A DNA stretch of 64,000 bases from Eledone cirrhosa (GCA_964016885.1 OZ024766.1:19096001-19160000); one strand, 5' to 3'. Positions 28,669 to 41,422 are shown, counted from the first letter of the stretch. Notes: generated by a model not told the origin, from the letters alone. Program-made: numbers and translations.

Positions 28669-28923
28669 ATAAAATAATACAACCAACTTTCCACGAAATA
28701 CTATATAGTTAGAACCCTAAACACTTAACTGGGATTATACTCAGGTATATCCTAATGTTTGTTGAGTGAGATGGAGTTGGTCAGAGTATCGTTTTAAGCT
28801 TTCTCTGTTAATGTATTAAATATATATTTTATAAGAGTTCTCTCCCTTGATAGTATTATCTCCCTTGCTAAAACTATTACTATGAAAATTCATTATAATT
28901 CTAACATTGTTAGCGGGGGACAA

Positions 28924-28981
<58 letters not shown>

Positions 28982-29181
28982 GTTATTCCGGGTTGAATCG
29001 GAGGTAACCACAGTAAGTAAGGTACTCAATACATTGCAAAGTTTTAATATAGATGAGATTCTACAGGACTAGAACTGTTTCATTCTTTAGAAATCATCAG
29101 GAATCTGGGTATCAAAAAATAAGTATGGTATGGTATTTATAGGTCTCTACCTATAAATACCATACTTATTTTTTGATACCC

Positions 29182-29232
29182 AGATTCCTGATGATTTCTA
29201 AAGAATGAAACAGTTCTAGTCCTGTAGAATCT
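29182..29232 (+). ncRNA. Type I hammerhead ribozyme motif (family A); mirror copy on minus strand at 29056-29106
   Basis: Stem I AGAUUC/GAAUCU, core CUGAUGA, short stem II, GAAA, stem III CAG/CUG, GUA cleavage triplet. Confidence 0.7.
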
Positions 29233-29625
29233 CATCTATATATATAAATATATTTGTTTCTACTTTTGGCACAAGACCAGCAATTACCCCCAGTGTATTA
29301 CTGGTACTTTATTTTATCGACCTCGTAAGGATGAAAGGCAAAGTCAACCTCGGCGAGATTTGAACTCGGACAGTAAAGGGACGTAACTATGCTAGAAAGC
29401 ATGGCGTCCAACCCTCTACCAATACTGCCAATATAAATATATGTTGGCTGAACACTTTCTTGTTCACAAGTGTTTTTAGGCCTCATATCATGTTACCTAA
29501 TTTTATCTGATGAGAACACAATTTTTGTCCCAGGATGATGTTTTCGAAATGCGCATAACAAAATATATGGAACTTTTTAAACCATCTTTTAATATCTTCT
29601 TTATATATACTTATATATACATACT

Positions 29626-29661
<36 letters not shown>

Positions 29662-30009
29662 AGTAAGTATTGAAATTTCCGTTGGAAACAGAAAAGGTCA
29701 TAGAAGTGAAGAGTGCTCTATGTAAGTATCAGAGCAAAATTTAATGTATAAAAATCAATACAATATAATTACCTCATTGTGCGTAATTCTAAAATTGCCC
29801 TAAATTTTAAAATTACGCACACTTTCTCACTATACGTATACATGTGTGCATATACATATATGCACATCTGTGAGCGTATATACATACATATACACACACC
29901 TAACTATATTTCTTTATAGATTTTTATATATTTCAATTTCTATTTCATTTGTCTATATCTTTTTTTGATTTTCTTGACGAGTTTTTCTAAGTATTTAGCC
30001 ATGTTTTAT

Positions 30010-30087
30010 ATTGCCTCGTCTGACGAACGAATGAAGTCGTTTATTTCGTATTCGCCTCATTCGGGAAACCTCTGGTAATGAGGTAAT
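30010..30087 (+). ncRNA. Type I hammerhead ribozyme motif (family B)
   Basis: Stem I AUUGCCUCGU/AUGAGGUAAU (two G-U pairs), CUGACGA, stem II CGAAUGA/UCAUUCG, GAAA, stem III CC-UCU-GG, GUA site. Confidence 0.75.
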
Positions 30088-30384
30088 TATATTGTATTGA
30101 TTTTTATACATTATATATATATATATATATATATACATACATACATACTTATATATATGTTAACTTTGCCTTTCATCCTTACGGGGGCCTATAAAATAAA
30201 GTACCAGTAATGCACTGGAGTAATTGCTGGCCTTGTGCCAAACGTAAAAACAATTATTATTAATTCTTCAGACATTTTCTAACCCCCCCCCCCCCTGTTT
30301 ATTAGATTAAAGCTGAATTAAGTGTAACAATTGCAGGAGCTGCTGTAGAGATGCGCCAGCTTCAGCATTCTGTAATTCAAGCTA

Positions 30385-31805
30385 GTGACTACAGTCACAT
30401 ACCTAGCTTCAACAAAAACACAGGGGAATAACCAACAATCGTTTCTCACTTTTTAGTGGTTATCCAGCTTATATATCCCTTACTTTTGCCGTGAGCTGTA
30501 TTCTAATAGACTTCCAATTATGTTTAAGAGCTGTTTAAACTTATTAACATAGAGTGGTTGCTGGTCCAGCAACAATTTGACTAGTCACATACCTAGCTTC
30601 AACAAAAACACACGGGAATAACCAACAATCGTTTCTCACTTTTTAGTGGTTATGCAGCTTATATATCCCTTATTTTTGCCGTGAGCTGTATTCTAATAGA
30701 ATTCCAAGTATGTTTAAGAGCTGTTTAAACTTATTAACATAGAGTGCAAAAATCTGTGACTATAGTCACATACCTAGCTTCAGCAAAAACACAGGGGAAT
30801 AACCAACAATCGTTTCTCACCTTTTAGTGGTTATCCAACTCATATATCCCTTATTTTTGCCGTGAGCTGTATTCTAATAGAACTCCAATTATGTTTAAGA
30901 GCTGTTTAAACTTATTAACATAGACTGGTTGCTGGTCCAGCAACAATTTGTGACTAGTCACAGGGGAATAACCAACAATCGTTTCTCACTTTTTAGTGGT
31001 TATCCAACTCATATATCCCTTATTTTTGCCGTGAGCTGTATTCTAATAGAACTCCAATTATGTTTAAGAGCTGTTTAAACTTATTAACAAAGACTGGTTG
31101 ATGGTCCAGCAACAATTTGTGACTAGTCACAGGGGAATAACCAACAATCGTTTCTCACTTTTTAGTGGTTATCCAGCTTATAAATCCCTTAATTTTGCCG
31201 TGAGCTGTATTCTAATAGACTTCCAATTATGTTTAAGAGCTGTTTAAACTTATTAACATAGAGTGGTTGCTGGTCCAGCAACAATTTGACTACAGTCACA
31301 TACCTAGCTTCAGCAAAAACACAGGGGAATAACCAACGATCGTTTCTCACTTTTTAGTGGTTATGCAGCTTATAAATCCCTTAATTTTGCCGTGAGCTGT
31401 ATTCTAATAGAATTCCAAGTATGTTTAAGAGCTGTTTAAACTTATTAACATAGACTGGTTGCTGGTCCAGCAACAATTTGTGACTAGTCACAGGGGAATA
31501 ACCAACAATCGTTTCTCACTTTTTAGTGGTTATGCAGCTTATAAATCCCTTAATTTTGCCGTGAGCTGTACTCTAATAGAATTCCAAGTATGTTTAAGAG
31601 CTGTTTAAACTTATTAACATAGACTGGTTGCTGGTCCAGCAACAATTTGTGACTATAGTCACAGGGGAATAACCAACAATCGTTTCTCACCCAGCTTACA
31701 TACCCCTTACTTTTGCCGTGAGCTGTATTCTAATAGAATTCCAATTATGTTTAAGAGCTGTTTAAACTTATTAACATAGACTGGTTGCTGGTCCAGCAAA
31801 AATCT
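30385..31805. repeat. ~160-185-bp tandem repeat (~8 copies)
   Basis: caggggaataaccaacaatcgtttctcac...gtttaagagctgtttaaacttattaac recurs. Confidence 0.9.
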
Positions 31806-31987
31806 GTGTTGGAGCTCTGAAATAGCGATGTATATATGAATGTACGTATTGTATATTCCTTATTATGCCAGTTCCCCTTTCATATGAAAATAACAATGAA
31901 AGACTACAAATACAAGTAACGCCTTGCTTATTAATTTTTCAGTCCAGCACAGCCATTGCAGGTACTCATTTTTAGCTGAGTATACTG

Positions 31988-32770
31988 GAGCCTTTCCCAT
32001 TCTACATTGCAGTTCACTGTCCATGGTGCTCTCATTGTCAATGGAGCTTTCTAGGTAGGTGAAGTTGTCCACTATCTCCACCTCCCCCTGTTCAATGAAA
32101 ACACCAGTTGGTGATGAGTGTGTCCCAGATAGCATGCTTTTGGTCTTCTTGGCACTTATGTTGAGACCTAAGCTTCCTGCTTCGACATTGATATTGTTCA
32201 CAATGATTTGCATAAGACCAGCCAAGGGAAGAAGTTGGACGCATTCGATTCCAGGTGTCTGCGAAAGATCCTGGGGATTAAATGGAGTGACCATGTAACA
32301 AACCAGGAAGTCAGGAACCGCACCAACCATCAGCTAGTCTCTTCTGCTATCTGCAAGCGACGCCTGGGCTGGTTTGGGCACGCTTTGAGACTTCCCCCCG
32401 GAGAGACTGGCGTACCAAGTACTTAAATGGAACCCACAGGGAAGCAGACGGAGAGGGCGACCCAAAATGAACTGGCGCCAGACACCACACCACACTACAC
32501 CATACTACACCACACCACACTATACCACACTACACTACACCACACCACACCACACCATACCACACTACACTATACCACACGACACGACACCACACCACAC
32601 TACTACTACACTACACCACACCACACTACACTACGCCACATTACACTACACCACACCACACTACACTACACCACACTTGAGTTGAGAGGGACCTGCGAGC
32701 GACAAACAGACAATGGCGGGACGCTGTGCAACTGGCTGCTGACCGAACGCGGTGGAACCCTATGATTGCT
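31988..32770 (+). mobile_element. RTE-clade LINE fragment with 5' inversion and inserted (ACACC/ACT)n tract
   Basis: 31988-32210 minus: GLNISAKKTKSM...VDNFTYLESSI...RMGKA; 32210-32480 plus: LDAFDSRCLRKILGIKWSDHVTNQEV...RRLGWFGH. Confidence 0.8.
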
Positions 32771-32799
32771 TCATGCGTCGCAAGACGCGGGAGCTTCTG

Positions 32800-33140
32800 A
32801 GTCTGATACTGGAGCGACGTGAAATGAAGTGTCTTGCTCAAGAACACAAAACGCAACCCAGTCCAGGTAGTCAACCCATGACATTGTGATTATAAGTTCC
32901 ACACCCTCACCACTCGGTCACGCTATACTCCAACACACTTACCACTAGGCCATGCTAGACATCACCCCTACACCGTACGCCAGTCCATCGCAGGGTTAAA
33001 CCTCCAGTTTTTGCTGGTACTCATTTTCAGCTGAGTCTACATACTGGAGCAACGTGAAATGAATGGAGTGTCTTGCTCAAGAACTCCACACACAACCCAG
33101 CCGAGGAACTAAAGCGACATTATGATTGTAAGTGCAACAC
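32800..33140 (-). mobile_element. Two degenerate tRNA-SINE copies
   Basis: Core gtgttcttgagcaagacac...tcatttcacgt(c/t)gctccagt twice; one continues into a Meta-like domain. Confidence 0.6.
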
Positions 33141-33690
33141 CCCATTAGGCCACACAGTTCCACTGCTACCTAGGTGGTCGAATTAACAGTAGAGGAGGTT
33201 ACACAGAGAGCATAACTAGAATAAGAACAGGGTGGAAGACGTTTAGGGAGCTACTTACCTTTGTTGAAAACAAAAAGGTACCATAGAAGTAGTCGATAGC
33301 TTCTGTTACCTAGCTGTGGAGTAGGTTGCCCAGAGAACGTAATAGCTAAAACAATTGTCGCCAATTCAATCTTTTGTGAACCAGACCCCACCTCAACATC
33401 TCAGAAATTATGTCCCCATTAGGTCACACAGTTCCACTGCTACCTAGGTGGTAGAATTAACAGCAGAGGAGGTTACACAGAGAGCATAACTAGAATAAGA
33501 ACAGGGTGGAAGACGTTTAGGGAGCTACTTACCTTTGTTGAAAACAAAAAGGTACCATAGAAGTAGTCGATAGCTTCTGTTACCTAGCTGTGGAGTAGGT
33601 TGCCTAGAGAACGTAATAGCTAAAACAATTGTCGCCAATTCAATCTTTTGAGCACCAGACCCCACCTCAACATCTCAGAAATTATGTCCC
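33141..33690. repeat. ~274-bp tandem duplication of a degenerate RTE-like fragment
   Basis: Two near-identical units; RIRTGWKTFRELL-like translation. Confidence 0.75.
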
Positions 33691-33864
33691 TACTGTCTTG
33701 ATATGAAAACAAGCAATACTCAACAGCAAAGTGCACAGAAATTTGGGTGCAGGTGGCACCAGATGCACAATAACATGTGGTGGTGGTGGTGGAGGTGAGT
33801 CAGCAGTTTCTCCAAAGTTGTCTTGGTGTAAAAGTAATAAGGTCTTCTTTATGTCGTGTCTGTC

Positions 33865-34625
33865 CAGTTAAATACTGGGGTCAACTTTGCTTTTCCTCCA
33901 TTTTAGGGCGATAAAAAAAAAAGTACCAGTTAAATACTGGGGTCAATTTTGCTTTTCCTCCATTTTAGGCTGATAAAAAAAGTACCAGTTAAATACTGGA
34001 GTCAGCTTTGCTTTTCCTCCATTTTAGGTCGATAAAAAAAAAAAGTACCAGTTAAATACTGGAGTCAAACTTGCTTTTCCTCCATTTTAGGCCGATAAAA
34101 AAAGTACCAGTTAAATACTGGGGTCAACTTTGTTTTTCCTCCATTTTAGGTCGATAAAAAAAAAAAGTACCAGTTAAATACTGGAGTCAACTTTGCTTTT
34201 CCTCCATTTTAGGTCGATAAAAAAAAAAAGTACCAGTTAAATACTGGGGTCAACCTTGCTTTTCCTCCCTTTTAGGTCGATAAAAAAAAAAAAAAGTACC
34301 AGTTAAATACTGGGATCAACTTTGCTTTTCCTCCATTTTAGGTCGATAAAAAAAAAAAAAGTACCAGTTAAATACTGAGATCAACTTTGCTTTTCCTCCA
34401 TTTTAGGCTGATAAAAAAAGTACCAGTTAAATACTGGGACCAACTTTGCTTTTCCTCCATTTTAGGCTGATAAAAAAAAAGTACCAGTTAAATACTGGGA
34501 TCAACTCTGCTTTTCCTCCATTTTAGGCCGACAAAAAAAGTACCAGTTAAATACTGTGACCAACTTTGCTTTTCCTCCATTTTAGGTCGATAAAAAAAAA
34601 AAAAAAGTACCAGTTAAATACTGAG
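33865..34625 (+). repeat. ~60-bp tandem repeat derived from the Nin-SINE domain
   Basis: ctttgcttttcctccattttaggtcgataaaaaaaagtaccagttaaatactgg compared with the SINE at 11295-11350. Confidence 0.85.
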
Positions 34626-34849
34626 GGTCGATTCTTTCTCTGGGGTCAACAGTACTCCAATATTATAGGCCTGTGGTTACAATACAAGAAGACAAAGGGG
34701 GAACAAGTGCAGAGCTACAGGTTGTTCACTACAATACAACAACAACAACAACAACAACAAACTTTATTGAGAAATCATCTCAACATTTATTTGTGTATAT
34801 ATATATATGTGTGTAGATGTGTGTGTATGTATATATATATATGTGTAGA

Positions 34850-34880
<31 letters not shown>

Positions 34881-34936
34881 GTGTAGATGTGTGTGTGTGT
34901 ATATATATATATATCTGTGTGTTGTTGAATGTGCAG

Positions 34937-34992
<56 letters not shown>

Positions 34993-35308
34993 GTGTAGAT
35001 GTGTGTGTGTGTATATATATATATATATCTGTGTTATTGAATGTGCAGATGTGTGTATATATATATATGTGTGTGAGTATATATATATATATCTGTGTGT
35101 TATTAAATGTGCAGATGTATGTGTGTGTATATATTAGTTTGTATGGATGTGTGTATATATATATATTAGTTTGTATGGATGTGTGTATATATATATATAT
35201 TAGTTTGTATGGGTGTATATATATATATATATTAGTTTGTATGGGTGTGTATATATATATATATATTAGTTTGTATGGGTGTGTATATATATATATTAGT
35301 TTGTATGG

Positions 35309-35351
<43 letters not shown>

Positions 35352-35426
35352 TTTGTATCGGTGTATATATATATATATATTAGTTTGTATGGGTGTGTGT
35401 ATATATATATATTAATGTGTAGTGTG

Positions 35427-35469
<43 letters not shown>

Positions 35470-35886
35470 TGTGAATACAATAAATCAGTAGGAAGAAATT
35501 CTGCTGTATTAAGTTCAAGTCACATTTTTTCTCCATGTCCATTTTATTTTGTATATGTGTATATATATATATGGTGTGTGTGTGTGTGTATATACATACG
35601 TATACATATATATATATCATCATCATTTACATAATTAAAGAAATTATGAAATCTACCTTTCGTATTGTCTTATTAGTGAATTTAACTGTGATCTGTTCTA
35701 CCCATGTGACACCACAGCAAAACTGGTAGAATACACATGACGTGGAGTACTTTTTCCTTATTACACCATGATTTGGCTGATTGAAGCGATATAATCACAG
35801 ACCCAGCTACCAATTAATAAACACTGCGCCCGATAACATAAATATGTATATATGTGTGTGTATCTCTCTGTGGATACACTTGTATA

Positions 35887-35927
<41 letters not shown>

Positions 35928-36075
35928 AAGGAATTGTGGTAAGGAACGAGATGGACCATAACGCGCCAGAGTACTCAATACTTAGGTTAGTAGAGTGGGT
36001 AATAGGAAAATTCTAATTTAGTCCAGAAATAGCCGTCGAAACGGCTTGAGCTCTGCCGTCGGGGTCATACATTTT

Positions 36076-36118
<43 letters not shown>

Positions 36119-36512
36119 TCCTTACACTTCCACTCACTCACTCTCTGCTTCTTCCCCTCTCACACTTCCTCCCGTTTGACCTGTGTGAAATCCTTCTCTC
36201 TCTCACATCTCACCCATGTCGGATGGCCTGTATCTCTCGTCCATGACTTCACCAAGCTAAAAGCTTACAGATACCATGTAGCCGTCTCTTCCTAGCTTTC
36301 CATTGCCATACCATCTTTGTCTGTTTACATGTCTCGCTCGCTCCACCCTATTTTACTTGTCCCAATAACTGTATTTAGTTATTGCTCGCACCAACTGGAG
36401 GTGTATGGTCTTTAAAGTGATGAAATACCAATGAAGGTTGGAAGATCACTGATGACAGACTAATTTTATTCATATGTAACCCATGTGCAAGCACACAACA
36501 CTCCATTTTTCT

Positions 36513-36543
<31 letters not shown>

Positions 36544-36668
36544 CTTGCTTGATATGCCTGGTGGTGTATACAACATATTTACATTGTAACGTGTATGTAT
36601 TTATATATATATGTGTATGGGTATATATATATATGTATATATATATGATGATATATATATATATATGA

Positions 36669-36704
<36 letters not shown>

Positions 36705-36726
36705 ATATATATATATATATATATGA

Positions 36727-36770
<44 letters not shown>

Positions 36771-36826
36771 ATATATATATATATATATATATATATGATG
36801 ATATATATATATATATATATATATGA

Positions 36827-36864
<38 letters not shown>

Positions 36865-36922
36865 ATATATATATATATATATATATATGATGATATATAT
36901 ATATATATATATATATATGATG

Positions 36923-36954
<32 letters not shown>

Positions 36955-37238
36955 TAAAATAACAGATTAAAGTTTAAGCAAAGAATCGCTGCTTTCACCC
37001 TTAACGGGATCTTCTGAAACTAACTAGTTTCAGAAGATCCCGTTAAGGGTGAAAGCAGCGATTCTTTGCTTAAACTTTAATCTGTTATTTTAATAAATAA
37101 TTGCTCTTCGGTTCTTATATATTTGATATATATTTTCCTTATCGAGCCCTCTTTCAATTTTATTATTATTACTATATATATATATATATACATACATGTG
37201 TGTATGTGTATATATATATATATATATATACATGTGTG

Positions 37239-37269
<31 letters not shown>

Positions 37270-37628
37270 GCAAAGTTATATTTAAAATTGTTGGGTTACA
37301 ACTAGTAAATATTTATAACTGATATAAAAGCACTCGACAAATATTTGGAGTATATATACAATATTAAATAAATGGAAAACTATATTTATAAAACCATATC
37401 TATTTCATTATATATATTTCGGGGATATCATATTAACAATATGCTATGCCTTCATCAGACAAAATACAATATAAACAGTTTTATAGATAAATAGATTCGA
37501 CATACCGTAATAAACAACGACTTCATTTGAAGAGGTTTACGCCAGACTGCTGGCGTAAACCTCTTCAAATGAAGTCGTTGTTTATTACGGTATGTCGAAT
37601 CTATTTATCTATAAAACTGTTTATATTG

Positions 37629-37694
37629 TATTTTGTCTGATGAAGGCATAGCATATTGTTAATATGATATCCCCGAAATATATATAATGAAATA
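37629..37694 (+). ncRNA. Type I hammerhead ribozyme motif (family C); mirror copy on minus strand at 37401-37466
   Basis: Stem I UAUUUUGU/AUGAAAUA, CUGAUGA, stem II with CAUAUU/AAUAUG, CGAAA, palindromic stem III UAUAUA, AUA site. Confidence 0.7.
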
Positions 37695-37732
37695 GATATG
37701 GTTTTATAAATATAGTTTTCCATTTATTTAAT

Positions 37733-37774
<42 letters not shown>

Positions 37775-38864
37775 AAGAAAATTTCAAACACTTGACATAT
37801 ATGTTCTATTATTGGAGAGGGCACTTTTAAACTGGCCCTTCATTCGGGCACGTGGGCAAAAAAAATATGGAAAGGGATGTGATTACCCCTGAACTAAATC
37901 CTTCTTCGAACAGTGGAGATCTTAGTTTTTTAAACAGGGGAGGCAAATCTGGCTTGAAATCTGTCGGCAGACATTTTCTTTTTTTTTTTTTTGACTAGCA
38001 GCTAATGAAGGCGGCTCTTTAAATTATCAGGTAGTTCGTAAATTAAAATGAATAAGTAACACACACATACATATATAACGAAGGAAATGTGGTAAGGAAC
38101 CAGGTGGACCATAACACACCAAAGTACTCAATACTTAGGGTAGTAGAGTGGGTAATAGGAACGAGTAGGACCCCGTTACGACAGCTCGAGCTCAGCTGTC
38201 GGGGTCCTACTCGTTCCTATATATATATACCAGATAGGATGTGATAAAAAACAGGTAGACCATAACACATCAAAGTACTCAATACTTAGGGTAGTAGAGT
38301 GGGTAATAGGAACGAGTAGGACCCCGTTACGACAGCTTGAGCTCAGCCGTCGGGGTCCTACTCGTTCCTATATATATACCAGATAGGATGTGATAAAAAA
38401 CAGGTAGACCATAACATACCAGAGTACTCAATACTTGGGATAGTGGAGCGAGTATAATATAAAAAGATTCAGGACCCCTGCAGCTGAGCACCCGCCATTT
38501 CGACAGTTAGATCTATCTATCGAAAGGTTGGAGCTCAACCATCGGTCCTGAATTTTCTCATATATATATTAGGTCATCAAGTAGGAAATTTGTAGAAATT
38601 TGTTGTTTTCTACAAATTTCATACTTCACAACCCAATATATATACATATATATATATATAACGAAGGGAAAGTGGTAAGGAACCAGGTGGACCATAACGC
38701 ACCAAAGTACTCAATACTTGAGGTAGTAGAGTGGGTAATAGGAACCAGTAAGACCCCCGACAGCTGAGCTCAAGCCGTTTCGACGGCTAATTCTGGACTA
38801 CTAATTAGTCCAGAATTAGCCGTCGAAACGGCTTGAGCTCAGCTGTCGGGGTCTTACTGGTTCC

Positions 38865-38896
<32 letters not shown>

Positions 38897-38911
38897 CATA
38901 ATCCTTTATTT

Positions 38912-38967
38912 ACTGCTATATATATTTCGATGATAGCCATTGAATGGCTATGACCTCATCAGGCAGT
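38912..38967 (-). ncRNA. Type I hammerhead ribozyme motif (family D), copy 1
   Basis: ACUGC-CUGAUGA-GGUCAUAGCCAUUCAAUGGCUAUCAUC-GAAA-UAUAUA-UA-GCAGU; all three stems close. Confidence 0.8.
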
Positions 38968-39331
38968 TAGTCAGTTCTTAGATATGCCAGCTCTGTGTTT
39001 ATGGTGTTGATGGTATCAGATCCTTGGGACATATACACCTATATATATATACACACACAGTAAACAAACTATATATATATATATATATGCCTGTCTGTAG
39101 AGGTATGTATGTGTGTATATGTATATATATATATGTGTGAATGCAATGTAACTGCAATTGTCTCCTATATAATATATAGTTGGAGATGCAGGATATGGCA
39201 GCGATAATGAGGGACAGAGACCGCTGGAGAGAACTCGTCCATGGATCTCGGGAATTTTACCCGCCTTAGATAGATAGATATATATAGTGACGAAACATAA
39301 GTCAATTGCATGAACTCACAATCCTTTATTT

Positions 39332-39387
39332 ACTGCTATATATATTTCGATGATAGCCATTGAATGGCTATGACCTCATCAGGCAGT
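39332..39387 (-). ncRNA. Type I hammerhead ribozyme motif (family D), copy 2
   Basis: Identical to 38912-38967, 420 bp away, inside a ~140-bp direct repeat. Confidence 0.8.
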
Positions 39388-39447
39388 TAGTCAGTTCTTA
39401 GATATGCCAGCTCTGTGTTTATAGTGTTGATAGTATCAGAGCCTTGA

Positions 39448-39490
<43 letters not shown>

Positions 39491-39618
39491 CATATATATA
39501 TTTTTTAATAACACTAGCTATTCATTAATGTTACTTTGACGAATAAAAAAAAAAACCCCCAGACATTTAAACATATCTCCCGTGCTATTTCCAACTTCAT
39601 CTTTTTTTTCTCTCTCCC

Positions 39619-39650
<32 letters not shown>

Positions 39651-39787
39651 TTACCCACTCTACTACCCTAAGTATTGAGTACTTTGGTGCGTTATGGTCC
39701 ACCTGGTTCCTTACCACATTTCCTCCGTTATATATACACACACACACACACATTTGTCTATCAAAATAATTGTATTTCTTCGTGATA

Positions 39788-40175
39788 CCACAAGGCCAGC
39801 AATTACCCCAGTGTATTACTGGTACTTTATTTTACTGACCCCGTAATAAATGTTTCTACTTTTACCACAAGGCCAGCAATAACCCCAGTGTATTACTGGT
39901 ACTTTATTTTACTGACCCCGTAATAATGGTTTCTACTTTTGGGGGGTACAAGGCCAGCAATAACCCCAGTGTATTACTGGTACTTTATTTTACTGACCCC
40001 GTAATAACTGTTTCTACTTTTGGGGGGCACAAGGCCAGCAATAACCCCAGTGTATTACTGGTACTTTATTTTACTGACCCTGTAATAAATGTTTCTACTT
40101 TTACCACAAGGCCAGCAATTTACCTTAGTGTATTACTGGTACTTTATTTTACTGACCCTGTAATAAATGTTTCTG
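39788..40175 (-). repeat. ~75-bp tandem repeat of the Nin-SINE 3' part
   Basis: acaaggccagcaat..ccccagtgtattactggtactttattttactgaccccgtaa, 5 copies. Confidence 0.8.
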
Positions 40176-40710
40176 CATACATACATATGCATATACATGT
40201 GCATATATGTGTATATATGTATCTAGGCAGCTCTTGTAGGTGCACCTGAGCGAGGTCAGACGCGCTTTTGAAACCAGAGTCGAGCCATATCGAACCTTGA
40301 GCTGATCAATAGCGAACTGCGGGTCATTACTCAATAAACAGAATAAAGACTCAACAAATTGTCCCTTTATTTTATATATATATATATATAAAGTTTTACA
40401 AGAGATGTCAACATGAAGGGACCTGGTATTTTTATCTAAAGACATTTCTTCCATTTCCAACCCTGCCCGTCCCCTCAATCTATCTTATTTCTCATTCTTT
40501 CTTCTGATGAAGGATTAGCGTCCAAAATATTAAGACCAACTTCCTGCTATATCAAGCGTTAACCTAATATATACCTTCCATATACTGTACCGATTGTGTT
40601 GTTATTTCTGTTTACCTTTTACACACACACACACACATATATACACACACACATACACACATATACACACACACACACATATATACACACACACATACAC
40701 ACATATATAT

Positions 40711-40741
<31 letters not shown>

Positions 40742-40758
40742 CACACATATATATATAT

Positions 40759-40823
<65 letters not shown>

Positions 40824-40995
40824 AGTTATTCCAGGTTTAATCGGGGGTAACCACAGTAAGTAAGGTACTCAATACATAGAGTATAAATGTTTTTCATATA
40901 GAAAGGCTTCTACAGGACTAGAACCGTTTCATTTGTGAGAAATCAAGAAGCTCTTCACAAATGAAACAGTTCTAGTCCTGTAGAAGCCTTTCTAT

Positions 40996-41031
<36 letters not shown>

Positions 41032-41088
41032 TATTTTTATATGGGTTCCTAGTGTCCGCGCATCGCCTGGGAACTTAGCTGAGAATAG

Positions 41089-41170
41089 ACTCCCTGATGA
41101 CGTAAGGAATTCTCTATAGTTATATTACGTAACTATATTTATCCCCTTACCGAAACTAATTAGTTGGAGT
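41089..41170 (+). ncRNA. Type I hammerhead ribozyme motif (family E)
   Basis: Stem I ACUCC/GGAGU, CUGAUGA, long stem II GUAAGG/CCUUAC (closing pair is a C-C mismatch), GAAA, palindromic stem III CUAAUUAG, GUU site. Confidence 0.65.
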
Positions 41171-41377
41171 GAAAATTTTAGTAAGTTGATTTTTAATTTT
41201 TAAAATTTTCTTATTTTACGTCTTTCATATATATATATATATGTTATTCCGGGTTGAATCGGAGGTAACCACAGTAAGTAAGGTACTCAATATATAGCAG
41301 AGTATAAATGTTTTTCATATAGAAATGCTTCTACAGGACTAGAACTGTTTCATTCGTGAGAAATTACCAAGAAGCTC

Positions 41378-41422
41378 TTCCTGATGATTTCTCACAAATG
41401 AAACAGTTCTAATCCTGTAGAA
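41378..41422 (+). ncRNA. Hammerhead motif, family A variant with short stem I
   Basis: UUC-CUGAUGA-UUUCUCACAAAU-GAAA-CAG..CUG-UA-GAA. Confidence 0.5.
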
